A stretch of 63,998 nt of DNA, the filler included, from Basidiobolus ranarum (lineage: Eukaryota): assembly GCA_040143965.1 (NCBI GenBank). It is 3 parts of 3 records of this genome, joined end to end, with 100 filler letters (N's around TTAATTAATTAA, not from the genome) between each part and the next. Parts side by side here need not be neighbours in the genome. Positions count along the whole stretch, not along the records: positions 22,933 to 45,698 come from JASJQH010007054.1; 2 more parts are not named here. One strand, given 5' to 3'. Positions 24,431 through 37,080 of the stretch are shown piece by piece. Made by a program: the position numbers and the translations under genes. The notes beneath the pieces are model-generated. The model saw only the letters and a program-made list of their open reading frames with translations, did no database searches and had not been told where the DNA came from. The stretch's first letter is position 1; each line of letters starts with the position of its first letter.

Positions 24431-25283
24431 TTAGTAGTCACTCTTCTGTCTGTCATAGTTGGCACCTGAGGCTTTTCTTAACAGAAGGCTAACTTCTTTT
24501 TCATCAAGATCATGAAGATCAGTAGCAGATATTTCAATTGCGTAACTTCTAATTATTTGTTTAACTCCCGATACGTGTACCTGAAAGAATTGATATTAGA
24601 AAAGGCACCATGGCTCATAAATAGCACCCCCACATCCAAGCAATTAATTGACTTACGCTCAATTTAGCTTTACGCATGACCTTTACGGAAGGACCGCACC
24701 AAGAGACAAAAACAAACTTTACGCGTTGAGATAATTCATCATTAGAGATGACCATACTGAAGAGTTGAATCAAATTGAGTATGATAAATAAAAACTCAAC
24801 TGTATATAAAAACTTAAATACCGGAGGTAACCAAAAGCGGCTTGGTCAGGTTCCAAATTATCGACAAACTCCGCGAGACCTCCTGTACCTAAGATTCATG
24901 AATAAAATATAGATAAACATCTGTGTCGCTATAATACAAGATGGTTCACAATTTACCTGTGGACTTTACCTCGAGTACATCCCGTTTATTCTCGGAATAT
25001 GTCAAGAGAAGCCTGAGTACACAAATAAAAGTCAACAAGAGGTAATTGTTTTAGGAATAGTAATATCAGGCACACCAGTTAGTATCAGTCTTGTCTACAT
25101 TGAAAATACTATAGTTAGAATATATATACCATGTTTGATGAATATGTTGGCTACTCACCATTTCTGACATCCTCATAGGCAGCTTCAATTTCGGGATCCT
25201 GAAGTTTAGAAGCCACTCAAGTTAACAGATTATTTAAACCGGAATTCATATTGATATATAGAACTTACAGATACGAGAGGCAT
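24431..25283 (-). CDS. Coactosin-like ADF-H actin-binding protein (7 exons, including a 19-nt micro-exon at 25076-25094)
   Basis: MPLVSDPEIEAAYEDVRNDKTDTNWLLLTY...GTGGLAEF...QAAFGYLR...RVKFVFVSWCGPSVKVMRKAKLSVH...LRKASGANYD. Confidence 0.9.
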
Positions 25284-25873
25284 TGTTGATATAAGCGGGA
25301 AATAATGGCAAGGAAATGTTCTTGTTGACAAATTATAATATCACTGTCCACTCGAACCCTGAGTAAAAAAAGCCCGCCAAGCCTTGATTCGCAAAGAGCT
25401 GGAAATGATCGAAATGCTGGGCACTCTTTAGAAGCTACACTCAATCATGAGTGAAATGATCTGAACACTTCAACTCAATAAAGAGTCGGTAATTAATAAA
25501 TTACATCACATATCCAAACGCACCATAATGCTACAATTTACAATAGTAATATATTTGATTGCCCTTACGCTTGCCTTAGTTAAATTGATGACTCTTCAGA
25601 GAGATTGATTAATTTGGCAGAGATAAGCAGAAGTAGCTATCTAAATTAAACAAGATCTTCGAACTGGATCCGAGTCACCTCTGATTTCCAACAAATCAAG
25701 GAATGTTAGGAGGATATCGCAGAAGTAAACAAAGAGGGCGTAGGAGCATAAGCTAAAAAGTGTAAAGATGATTATTTTGATCGCGTATCAATTTAAAAAC
25801 GATAAAAAAATCCACTTCCCCATTTAGTGAAAACAAACAGTATTACAATAACAATAAGGATACTTTGGAAAAG

Positions 25874-27231
25874 ATGACTTTAAACGTAGAGGCGAGCTTA
25901 CTCACTGACAATACAAAAAGGCCAGTTCAAGCTTCTGGAGTTTCTTCAAATAACATACTCAACAAGGTATGATTTCCTAGAAGCAAGCTGTTGACATTTC
26001 CTCTGTTAAATTCTTATTATTGACATTATTTTACCAGTCTAGTATACAGCCCTTGAGGGATATTACTGGTCCTGAAATTTCAAAGGTACATATATGTGTG
26101 ATTACAGCTCAACAAAACATTTTTCCTACGTTCGTACCCTGTACTTCATACTGACAACCCTTTCTTGATAGCAATCAACAGCTGCCCTAAACAAAAGACG
26201 AACTAAAATCGCCTCCCCTTCGAAATACGTCATTGTATGTTTAACACTATCCAATGGTTAACTCGGTATCACAAGTATAACATAAATAACATACATTCAC
26301 CTTTCAGAGATCTCAAATCAGTCCTCTAAGGCGTCAACATCCATACATATCAAACACACGCTTATCACCTCTTACTGCGAAAATGTATAAAAAGATGGAG
26401 AGCTGCAGACTTGAAAAGGTCAGTAGACATAGTTTTGAAATAATACTCTTATATCCGTCTATGGACTCTATTTTAACTCTTTATTACATTAGGAAAACTG
26501 CAATCCTCAAACACTACCCAAGGATAGAGGTTCGAAAAAGAAACAGCTAGTGGAGCGAAACCTTTTAAGCTATTTCAAGCCTGATCCAGCATTGGAAGCA
26601 CTTACCAATGTTACCAAAGATTTAGGGGAAATTAAAACTCTTCTACTGGAGGTAAAAGAAGGCAACTCCACAGCAACTCAAGTGCAGCGACTAGATAGCG
26701 TGATCGGACAATTAGAGTCTAAATTGCAAAGCTATCAATCCAAAGAAGGCAAGGGTCCTACAAAGACAGTCGTCAGTAACGTGTCAGGGAAGAACGAGGT
26801 GGAGGGTAATGAAATCAAAGAAAAGGCTAATCTTATAGAAGAGTTAGAAAAAAAACTAGCTGAATTCGAAGAGAACCACATCCCCAAAGCCGAGTATGAC
26901 CGCTTGAAGTGTGAATTGACCGAAAGCCAGGAATTGATAGATGAGTGTAAAGCTTGTCTTGAAGAAATTGACTCTACTAAACCACAAGATATGTCAGAAC
27001 TACAAAAGAGAATTGCCGAGCAGTCTTTACTTATTGAAGGGTTGCAAGACCGACTAGCGGTTGCGGAATTCCACAAGGCCAACTACGAAAGAGCACAGCA
27101 AGAAATTGCAGAATTACGCTGCGCACTCGAAGATCTCATCAACGAAAATGAAATGGTTGGTCTTGATTTTGTTGTCTTGAAAATGAAACATACTAACAAA
27201 TAGTTGTTTACTGTAGCTTCATAATAGTTAA
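25874..27231 (+). CDS. Uncharacterised coiled-coil protein with a KEN box and CDK consensus sites (6 exons)
   Basis: Five GT-AG phase-0 introns give a continuous frame. The N-terminus is basic and disordered (SPSK, SPLR, KENCNP) and the C-terminus is E/K/L-rich heptads. Confidence 0.75.
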
Positions 27232-27650
27232 ATACCTTCTCTTACCTGTAACTTTACTATTCTCTCGCTTACAATGTTCAGCCATGGACTTGTCTCTTCC
27301 AAACTTTTGTGATAATCCCATGTAATCCGCCTGCCTTCACTTAAACACTTGTACTAAATACATTAAAATCACAAGCTTACTGGTGCGCTCCTTTTCAACA
27401 AACTTGCTGCTTAGGGTGAATGTAATCGACATCAGAACAATCTGTGACTAGATTAAAACTTTTATTTGTTTTTGGTTGACAAAGGAAGATTTCAAAAATA
27501 CTGACGAAGAGAAAGGCAATAAAGTAATAAAACTTTTGTTTGAAAAAAAGGAAAGTGGGTGAACCGAGGATGAGAAATTGGGTGAAAATCAAATAGGTGT
27601 ACTTTGGCTGTCATTTGGATATGAAATGAGTAATACTAGGAACTAAATAA

Positions 27651-28534
27651 TTATACAGTAAAGCGATCTTTGTTACAAGAAGCGCTCTTGGCGGCATCCG
27701 CATGAGATTGGAACTCAATGGTTTGGTTGGGATTGAGCGAGAGGGAGTTTTTAAGGTGTTGACTACATACAAATTCGTGAGTAAAGGTGCTTCAGATTAT
27801 ACAGGAAAAGTAACAAATTACCCAATGGATTCGCAGATCTCTTTGCTATCAGAAACGCGGGTCCATAGTGAGATACGGTAGAATCCTTTACGGATGGACA
27901 CTACGCCACCACAAACTTCGCTTTCAAATTGGAATCCTTCGCCAATACATTCAAGCATCTATAAACATAAGTACCGTTATTGAGTATTGGCCAACTAGCT
28001 GCTGATTTACAAAATCCACTCACTGTGTACAACCAGAGTGTGTTGATGTGCTCGCCAGTTTTCTTAGGAAACTGTATCACCCACTTCCCACCCTTGGCAT
28101 TCGATGGATCTTCCCACATTGGCTTGATACCAGCCTTGAACAAATGATAGTTGGAGCCAGCCGACAAGTCACTAGGGCGAACAACGTTGTTGTATATTCT
28201 GGCAAATTGTTTGGGGTTAATTCCAATGATTCATCGAATGGTAGAAAAAGTCGGACATGACTTACCCCCAGAAATCCTCCACTGTATCAAAGGTAACGAC
28301 TTCTTTGAGGTTTTGGGACCAGCTAGCCTGATTGGCCTTTTTACCTGGATTATCATACCACATAGTCCATTGGCTATGAAGTGGGTGCTTAACGTTGAAG
28401 TTGACAGGATCCGAGAATACGGTGACCATTTCTTGTTCTCCTTCCAATACTTCGGGAGTATTCTGGCTACTCTCCAATTCGGTGACTTGAGTCTCTTGAG
28501 AAACAACTTCGGCTTCCATTTGATCAGCGCTCAT
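27651..28534 (-). CDS. eIF4E: Translation initiation factor eIF4E (class I), 4 exons
   Basis: KHPLHSQWTMWYD, FDTVEDFWG, YHLFKAGIKPMWEDPSNAKGGKW and VRKGFYRISLWTR. Confidence 0.96.
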
Positions 28535-29274
28535 TATTTCGGTGTGGTGCTAGGGAAAAGAGTAGTCGATTAATGTATAGGTCAAACACAACTGTAGCTA
28601 AAGGTAGACGAGGTATTGTAGTTGTTTTGAAACAACTTTTGCTTTACCAAGGCTTAGACGTAACAGTTACCTAGTATACGATTGTCGAATATATTGAGTG
28701 TACGGTGGTCTAGATTCTATCTTTGTTTTTCTTCGAAGAATATAGAAAGGAATAACAAATAAGATAAAATTAAGAAAGGAACTACAGATAAAAGTAGATA
28801 ACAGAGAAGGTTGTGAAATAATAAAAAATATTTTTAACACTAAAAAAATACAGGCTCTCTAAGGGAATGTATACTTTCAAATTCTTAGTGTTAGGCTAAG
28901 AAAAAAAGATTAGTAACCTTTTGGAATAGAGAACTATAAGGAGCTTGAAGTTGTTGAGAATACGTTGGTAGATGCCTTAATCCTCAAAAAAAAACCCAGT
29001 CAATTTTCGAGAAAAAAAATTGAATCCCCGTATGTAAAGATCTTTTTTTCGATCTCCAATTCATCTAGTTCTCTCTGAATAATCATTGGCATTCTTTAAA
29101 CTAGGCTAATTTTAACCATCAGCATCGTGAATTATGCACACATATAATAGGTAAAATAGGCAAAATAGATTGAGGTGTATTTATATGATCAGCATTGACA
29201 ACAAGGCGGTCCATGAATAAATGACTATGTATGAAACAAGCAAAATGAAATTTTATAAACTGAATAGGCTTTCT

Positions 29275-30421
29275 CTAGTTACGCTTGATTTTCGCGTCAA
29301 CTCTCCACAAGCCAAAAATATAGTTCAACCGAATTACCAACAGATCAGTTGCCATACGAATAGAGTCTCGGATCAATGAGATTTTGGATCCATCCACTTC
29401 GTGCCAATTCACGGACACTTCAGCAATGGGAATACCGAGATATTCAGCAATGAGCAACACCTCGATGTCAAATATCCACCCCTCTACGTGTGTATTGGGG
29501 AAAATAGATTGAGCAGCAGTACGTGTGAATAGCTTAAAGCCACACTGTGTATCGGCGATTTTCCGTATACCAAGCAAGTATAAAACTTTATGGAAAGAGT
29601 GCATCAACAAATTTCGAATCAAGGAGCGCTACATTGTTGAAAAGTATCATTGTAAAAATGGTGCAGAATACAATCTTACTACAAGCTAACATACCTTAAC
29701 AACTGCTTCGGTTTGAACCAAATGAGCTCGTGATCCAATGGCAATTCCTAAGTCATTCTTGGTGATTTTATTCAATTCAACCTCAAGTAACTGCAAATCC
29801 GAGAATCTTGTAGCACCATCTGCATCTGCGAAAAGTATGTACTCGCCACGAGCGGATAATATTCCCTTAAAAATCGAGGAGCTTTAGCTTTACAGAAAGG
29901 CTTGCGCTATATTTCAAACTAAACTTACCTGAGTTACAGCCCCACCCTTTCCTCTATTTTTTTCAAGTGTTAAAACTCGGAGGTTTTTGACATTGTTCTT
30001 TTTACCAAACTCCAAAGCAATCTGAGTTGTCTTATCTTTGCTACCGTCATCAACGACTAATATTTCATACTTGAACTCGGGATTTTCCAAAACACGTTTG
30101 TTCAGGAACTCTACACTTTCGGCTAACATGATGGGTAGTCGCGCTGTTTCATTATAAGCAGGAACTACCACTGATAATGTAACACTAGGCTCATCGAATA
30201 GACTAGGGAGTAGTTTTTTCTTTTCTTCGAAGCTCTCGCTACAATAGCGCTCATTCTCCGTTCTTTGACGTGGTTTTGGGCTGGCTACAGTAAGGAATAC
30301 CACAACCTAAGTATATAAACATAGTTAAAGGACAAAATACTATACACAAAAGAGTAAAAAAAGTACGTACGCATGCAATGAGTAATACCACACTTAGTGC
30401 TAATAAAGTTATAACGGCCAT
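29275..30421 (-). CDS. ALG5: Dolichyl-phosphate beta-glucosyltransferase Alg5 (GT2), 4 exons
   Basis: N-terminal TM segment, [60 protein letters not shown] and WHEVDGSK. Confidence 0.94.
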
Positions 30422-31236
30422 TTCGCTTGAAAATTAGGTGGATGGTTCAGAGGAGACGGCGTTTAAAAAATGAAATATATGTTGGAGGAAATCGACACTA
30501 TCCCAGCAGTATATCAGCCAGTGATTCACGCTAGATGTTACAAAGGGTAGAATCTATATGTTTATTGATGCCAAGAGGTTCCAACAAACGACTATTATCT
30601 CTACGAATTAACCAAAATCAAATTGTTCCTATAAGTTTCCTTTCACAATCCTGAAGGTATTGTAGTCGTTAACTTCCATCACTTGGCTTCTACATATCCA
30701 AATATTATTGGTCCAATTTTGTGATTTGTTCTTTCTATAAAACGAGTGTTGTAACCCTCGGATTCGAGGAAATATTTCAAATGGATACATTCCATCTCGT
30801 CAACTGACAATGATTGCCCATATTTATACATATGATCAATCAAATTCGTATGAACCATGCGTTTCTCTGAGTATCTGAGCATTCAGCCAACAACTGAGAC
30901 TGCCTGATGAGAGTTGTAAGATCACAAAAGTGATTGGACCATTGGCAATCTTCATCGCCTATGACCATACATACATCATACAGGGGTTGATCAAACACCA
31001 AGTCTTGTTGACATCTAGTTCACATTACACCTACTATTAATTGCATTGGAAGAGTTACACGCCAAACAATCCATACTTAAGAGATAGGACGACTAGGGCT
31101 TTTTGCAAACTTGATAAAATCCATCCACAACTATTCAAGGCTGTTGTAAACAATAGTTTCCGACATGGACTTGCCATATATATTATGAATAAATTCTTTG
31201 AGGTTAATTGATTGGTTTGAAATAGTAAAGGAGAGG

Positions 31237-31399
31237 CAGGAGGCGGCGCATAGCGCTCACCTCCCACTAACAAAAATTTAACAGTCGAGACACCCCGAAG
31301 GATGTTCGCGTCAAAGACCCTGAGACGCTGTGCAATGCTCAAGTTCTAAGACGAACAGCTTGCCTACTTGATCGCAAACTGCCCCTGCCAGGTAAGTAT
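31237..31399 (-). ncRNA. U1: U1 spliceosomal snRNA, copy 2
   Basis: Identical by eye to 24014-24176. Confidence 0.96.
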
Positions 31400-31463
31400 G
31401 AGAAAGTCCGATGGCGATGCTTACTCTAAATAGTAGCTCATGGAAAACTTACAATTATGGGAT
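31400..31463 (-). promoter_or_regulatory. U1 promoter, copy 2
   Basis: Near-identical to 24177-24240; TATTTA replaces TATATA at about -30. Confidence 0.7.
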
Positions 31464-31512
31464 ATAAAGATTTTCAAGACTGGAATATTAACAATCAAAT
31501 TGATGTATTACA

Positions 31513-33278
31513 TTAGGTCAGTTTCATTCGCTTGGTTTGCTGTTTGCTTTCATGGAATTTTGCCTGAAATATCGTGTGGATCAATTAAGAGTTGACGGAA
31601 GTTTGGATTTGTTCATGACATACCTTTAAGCTCTTGAGTTCACTGATAATACTTTCCGATTTGACTCGTAATTCAGACGCTAGAAAGAACAGAGGGATAT
31701 TTGGTACAAAGGAATTGATGAGATTTCTACATAAACTACTTACCCGTGCTAAGCAGTAACAGATCTGTATCTTCAACCGGACCATACTGCAAAACAAGCT
31801 TTTCAAAGGTTTCAAGCTTTCGCCGCAGGACGATTACTTCGTTCATTACGCCTTCAACATCCACACTACGGCGCTTATTGAAAGCTTGCTTACTAAATAA
31901 ATACAAATTACTTTGTTCAGTGGTGATTTTACAATATCAATCATTACGAGTAGCTTACTCTGATAGACTGGTCGACAATCTTTGTTGTAAACCATCGATT
32001 TTTTTGCCATTTAGATTTTCACGTTCTCGCAGCATTTCCTAAAGATCAAAGTGGAGTTATGGTTAGAGGAATATCATCGTAGTAATTTAGTAAAACAATG
32101 TGGATAGTTCACCCTCAGATTTTCAATTTCTGCCGTTTGTTTGGCAATTAATACGTTGTTCTCCTTTAGGTTAGCTGTTAATCTAAGAGTTTCTTGACTG
32201 GATGATGATTCCTTGTTTGGTCTCTTCACTTGTTCGAGCTCGCATTTAAGTTCATAATACTGATCCATATATTGTCGCTCTTTCGACATGTGCAGCTTTT
32301 TAATCATGATAATATCTAAAATGATCGAATTCAATATACACGATGCTCTTCTGCCATGTTATAGAAAAGACATACCTCGGGTATTATCACGTGTCAAGGC
32401 TTTCAGGTGCTTAATTTTATCCAAGAGGTCCTCTACAGTGGAGGTAAATCTCCCTCTGACCGTCTCTTCTTCATGTGCACGTTCATCGTGAATAAGAGAT
32501 ATCTGGCGACTTAGCTGAGTATTTTGTTGTTTCTTTGAGAGGTTGGTTAGTCCCTTTTTTCCATTGGTCCCATCTAGTATATCGTTTACCTGCTCTTCCA
32601 GTTGTCGCTCTAAGCTTTGTGTCTTTTCGCGAAAATATATAATCTCGTCATTCTCTGATGTATTTACTAGATCCTAATCGAGTTTCCCATAAAAATTAGT
32701 CTATATGCCAATGCATCAGTTATCACAAGGCCATATACCTCACCAGAGTCAGACTCAACATCTTGTGCATACGGGTTTTCTATTCTTTTCCCACCAATCA
32801 TATCATTTTGCACTAACGAAAGTAGGTGTCGTATCCTTCTATTCTTCCTCATGTTTTCGACTAGGGAATGAGTGACACCGTTAGTAACTGCATGTAATAG
32901 AGTTTTCAGAACTATGAGTACGTTTCAATTGATCATTCTCAGCTTTGATTTCTAAGGCTTGTTGTCTCTCCTTAAGGAGTGTAGCTTGAATACTTTCGCA
33001 GTTTTCTTGAAGGAGTGATATCTCTTTCAGTCCCGCAACTACTTTCCGGTTCAATATTAGTGTGTCTTTTTCTAAGGGCTTATAAACTTTATCCATTCTA
33101 TTTATAATGTCATTGATTTCTTCGTTGAAAGAGCCTTGAGAGAAAAATATATATCAAAATTCGAACTTGAATTGACAATGGTAATTTGAAGTAGCATACC
33201 GACGCGTTTTTTATAGTATTCTAGCAGCTCTTTCGAAGGAGGCAACTGGTCAATTTCTTTTTGTACCTCATTGTGCAT
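31513..33278 (-). CDS. CCDC77: CCDC77-like coiled-coil protein, multi-exon
   Basis: [59 protein letters not shown] and KRRSVDVEGVMNEVIVLRRKLETFEK parallel recalled human CCDC77 blocks ([54 protein letters not shown]) in the same order. Confidence 0.78.
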
Positions 33279-33842
33279 GGCTTTTTTGAACTAATGTGAA
33301 GCGAGAAGTGACAATCGTAGCGTAAGACTTAGATATCATACAGCGGAATCTTGGATTTTCTGCCAAATATCAAGATGTAAACAAAGCATGTTTCTTATGT
33401 GTAATGAAGTCACAATTGTGTCAAAGCGGTTTTCGGCTTAAGCCTAATATCTCGGTTCCCGTCCGTATGCCGATACATGGAAGATTAATTGATCATGTGA
33501 CTAATAACTGACAAATCCATCGAGAAATGTGATAACTCAAGGCACGAAATATATTTAAAATAAGATATTGCATATTTGTTGGAGCTGAAGGTTTTATTCA
33601 ACTAACTATAGCATAGCTATTGATCGATGCATCAAATATTTAGTCCACATATTCTGTATCACAACCAACTTTTTCATGAAAGGCAATGATCTCGAAAACA
33701 ATAGTAGCTAAAGGGAGATGCTTATAGAAATGTAAATTGAAGACTACAATTCATAGACATAACACATAGGTGTATGCTGTTAGATACGAACGAGACTGCA
33801 TGCGTTACTCTAGATGTGATCTTATAAAGAGTCTGTACAGGC

Positions 33843-36003
33843 CTAAATAAGACTGTTGTCTGCAAATATACGTTGGTTAGTTCACGAACAGAAATAGATT
33901 GAAAATACGTATTAATAGACATACCATTTGAGTAGTAATTGCTACCATTAGTCTGCAGCGTAGACCCTCTAGAGTGCTCTTGAGCCTGTGGCCGCAAAGC
34001 CTGTAATCCTGGCGATCCATTAGACTATCGAACACAATATAAGTAATTGGATTAAGATTAATTCAAGGTATTGAAAGCTCCTTGCCTCAAAAGAGATCCC
34101 TAATAAGTCATCCAAAGGATTTCCTGCGTGATAGACCTCAGTAAATAACTATGTAAGATGCTCAAAAATGAAGAGAATACGAACCAAATGTTTGTTTGGT
34201 ATCTTCTTCTGATGAATGATTTGTCAATGAAAGTTTGTCAATATCTTCTAGATCGATCAGTGAAATTTCACGCTCTGCTTGGATATCAGCGTTGTTGGTA
34301 TGTGCGTTAATACCAGGTAAACTAAGTAGTGAATGGGCAAAATATGAATTCACAAATTCCATCAGACAAAGTGTGACATATATTACCTTTCCTTGGTATA
34401 GATTCCCTTTCGAATATTACTAAAGCGTTCGATTGCTTGTGTAGCTCGGTCATTTAGAGTAAGCAAGCGATCTAATTCATGTTATGTAATGAATAAAATG
34501 CTGGACTAATGCATTTACAATTAATGGTGAGAGTACCTAGTTCTTCCTCCTCCTCGTTCTCGTGAATCAAACGTTGAACTTTCGGAAGTGTGGCTTTACA
34601 CATATCATGGAATTCCTACATTGGTTATAGATACGAGTTCAGTAACTATTTTAGAGCAGCCATGTAATAGGGATAATCGCACCATCACAGTTTCGGAGAT
34701 TTTTTCCTCTGGATGCAAGTTGTTAAGCATATCTATAAATAGTTGAACATCCCCTTCAATTTTCTCCAATTCTCTGTTTACTTCTTCTTTGTAGTCTGGT
34801 TTGGAGCTAGTATCCTGATTATACAATATAGTGTTAGTATGGCAAGTCATACGGCAAGCAAATAAACACTAAGCTCATACATAACCAGACATGATTTTCA
34901 TCAATTCGTTCGCTTCAGCCAAATCTTCCGGTCTACCTCTCCTAATCAATTCTTGTAGTTTCTATAAAGAAACGGATATTGTTCAATCTGCAGATCGTTT
35001 ATATTATTGATGTGACAGTATTTTTACCGCAGATTGTGCTAGCCGATCTTCTTCCTCCAACTCATCAGCAGATTTGAGAACCTACAAATTGCAGCGACAT
35101 AGTGAGTAAGCTTACTATATTTTCTACTATTAGTTACTTAGTGTATACATTAGTAGGATTCATGACTGCAGTTACATCTCGCTTTAGTCTGGGGAACCTA
35201 TAGCCTAATGTAGAATTTATACAGCGTGAGTGTGCTAGACTTATATGTCTTATTGTAAAAGAGCTTTCAAATCACCTTTTGAGCGAAGAAGGCTAAACAT
35301 ATTCGAGATATTAGTAAGATCTTCCTTATGGCGAGAGTAAACACAGATAGTCTTCTTCCATTCCTTAATTAACTCCAAAATCTTCAATTGGACAGAGCTT
35401 GGATTAGTCTGTCCATCAAATAAGATTAATCTATGAGTTTTCAAATGTGCATCTACTGAATGTCGACTTAAAAATGCTTACACTTTGTTGTTTAGGAAAA
35501 TACTTGACCAAGTCATTTAGGAAATCTTTAGAAGCGATTTGTAAATGAAACGGATGGCCGCAGTTTTTAACACAATTATCCAGAAGCTAAATATAACGAG
35601 AATCGAAGTAAGTATCACGGTTTCCTCATTCAAAGTTGGAAATCTACTACCTCAAGACCCAACAAGCCAACGTGAGTATTTCGAGCGTTAATGTAATCAA
35701 GAATGGTGAACGCAGCCAATCTAGGGCTAAAGATACAGGTAAGATGTTGAGTGAATAGAAGAAACGAATTATATTGCTTACTAATTCTTTTGTTTCTCAT
35801 TAATCAAATCGCATATTTCCAAATTCAAAGCTAGATCAGGATCCATTAAGCCAGGCCGACAAGCACGTTCTTATCAATGAAATAAGTATTACTTAACCGC
35901 AGCTTAAAGGTGAAGAGAAAACCATTGAAATTTGGAACTAAAGATTACCTATCATGGATTTTAAACGCTCTTCGGTTTCATTAAAAGATGGCACTGAAAA
36001 CAT
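33843..36003 (-). CDS. GGA-like VHS-GAT adaptor, apparently lacking the GAE ear domain
   Basis: IERACRPGLMDPDLALNLEICDLINEK and CVKNCGHPFHLQIASKDFLNDLV (VHS); LKSADELEEEDRLAQSAKLQELIRRGRPEDLAEANELMKIMSG (GAT); LIDLE clathrin box. The 3' exon model, which includes a GC-AG intron at 34025-34085, is less certain. Confidence 0.85.
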
Positions 36004-36479
36004 TGTCAACAATTCCTAAAGAGATGAATAATAAAATGGTAACAAGCAATAAATGTATATATGTTTGTTGTCGTTCCCGAGTGAAGCACAAATCTGTTAC
36101 TCAATAGCTATGCTGGACTGCGTGGCGCAACCTTTCATTTACTTAATATAGATCTCGGAAATGCATACATTTCCGCCAAAGCCAGATTCCATTTTCCGCT
36201 AAATATTTAATAAGTGCTCTTCTTAGTATATTAGTACTAAAAATAGATACATGCGAAAAGTAAGGCACAAAAGAACACCACATGAGCATCAGCTAAGTGA
36301 AAGAAACTACAGTTTAACCAAGAAAGGATAGAGAAAAATCAAGAACAGTGATGTTTGTGTTAATGTAGTTTTATTTGCCCATGAACAGGCCAAAAAGTAA
36401 AGCAATTCAAACGACAGTATTACTCCTAAAGTGGCCGTCTAACAAGAACATATCTACTTATCAGCTCCAAAGAGACAGT

Positions 36480-36815
36480 TTATTTGTCGGAAGTAGGAGC
36501 AGGGTTCATTCTGCGCTTGCCACCAATGAGGTTGGTGACGTTAACGAAACGACGATTGTATTGAATTCTCTTCTTGGCACGACCAGTCTTCTTCTTTTTC
36601 TTTTCTTGTGCCTCTACCTTGGGGCATTGAGACTTGACTTTACCGGCACGAGCGAGGGAACCGTGTACTTTACCCTACATATAATTTACAGGAGTTAACC
36701 CACTTGTATAATGGTGCTTGACTTAACAAAAAGACCTAAACTAGCAAATTCTACATCCGAATTGATGGATGGTTGCCTGAAAATAGGATGCGTGAGTTGT
36801 GAAGTAACATACCAT
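36480..36815 (-). CDS. RPS30: 40S ribosomal protein eS30 (no ubiquitin-like fusion); intron directly after the ATG
   Basis: [47 protein letters not shown]; intron 36675-36812. Confidence 0.97.
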
Positions 36816-37080
36816 GTTGAGCTGACAACAATAGATGAATTGGGAAGAGGGATACGTCGATCTCCTCTACTAGCCTATATTACTATAGAGATCAGATTTG
36901 TGATTGGTCAAATCATTTTAGTCCAAGATGTCCCGAGCCAATACAAGTATTTTGAATTTGAAAAAGACTATGTATGCCTCTAAGGGCCTTCAAAATTGAA
37001 CGATTTATTTATTAAAAATCACAAGTAGAATAGACTGAAATTTCTTTGAATGCAGAAAGCTGTTCTAAAAAGGTTATGCT

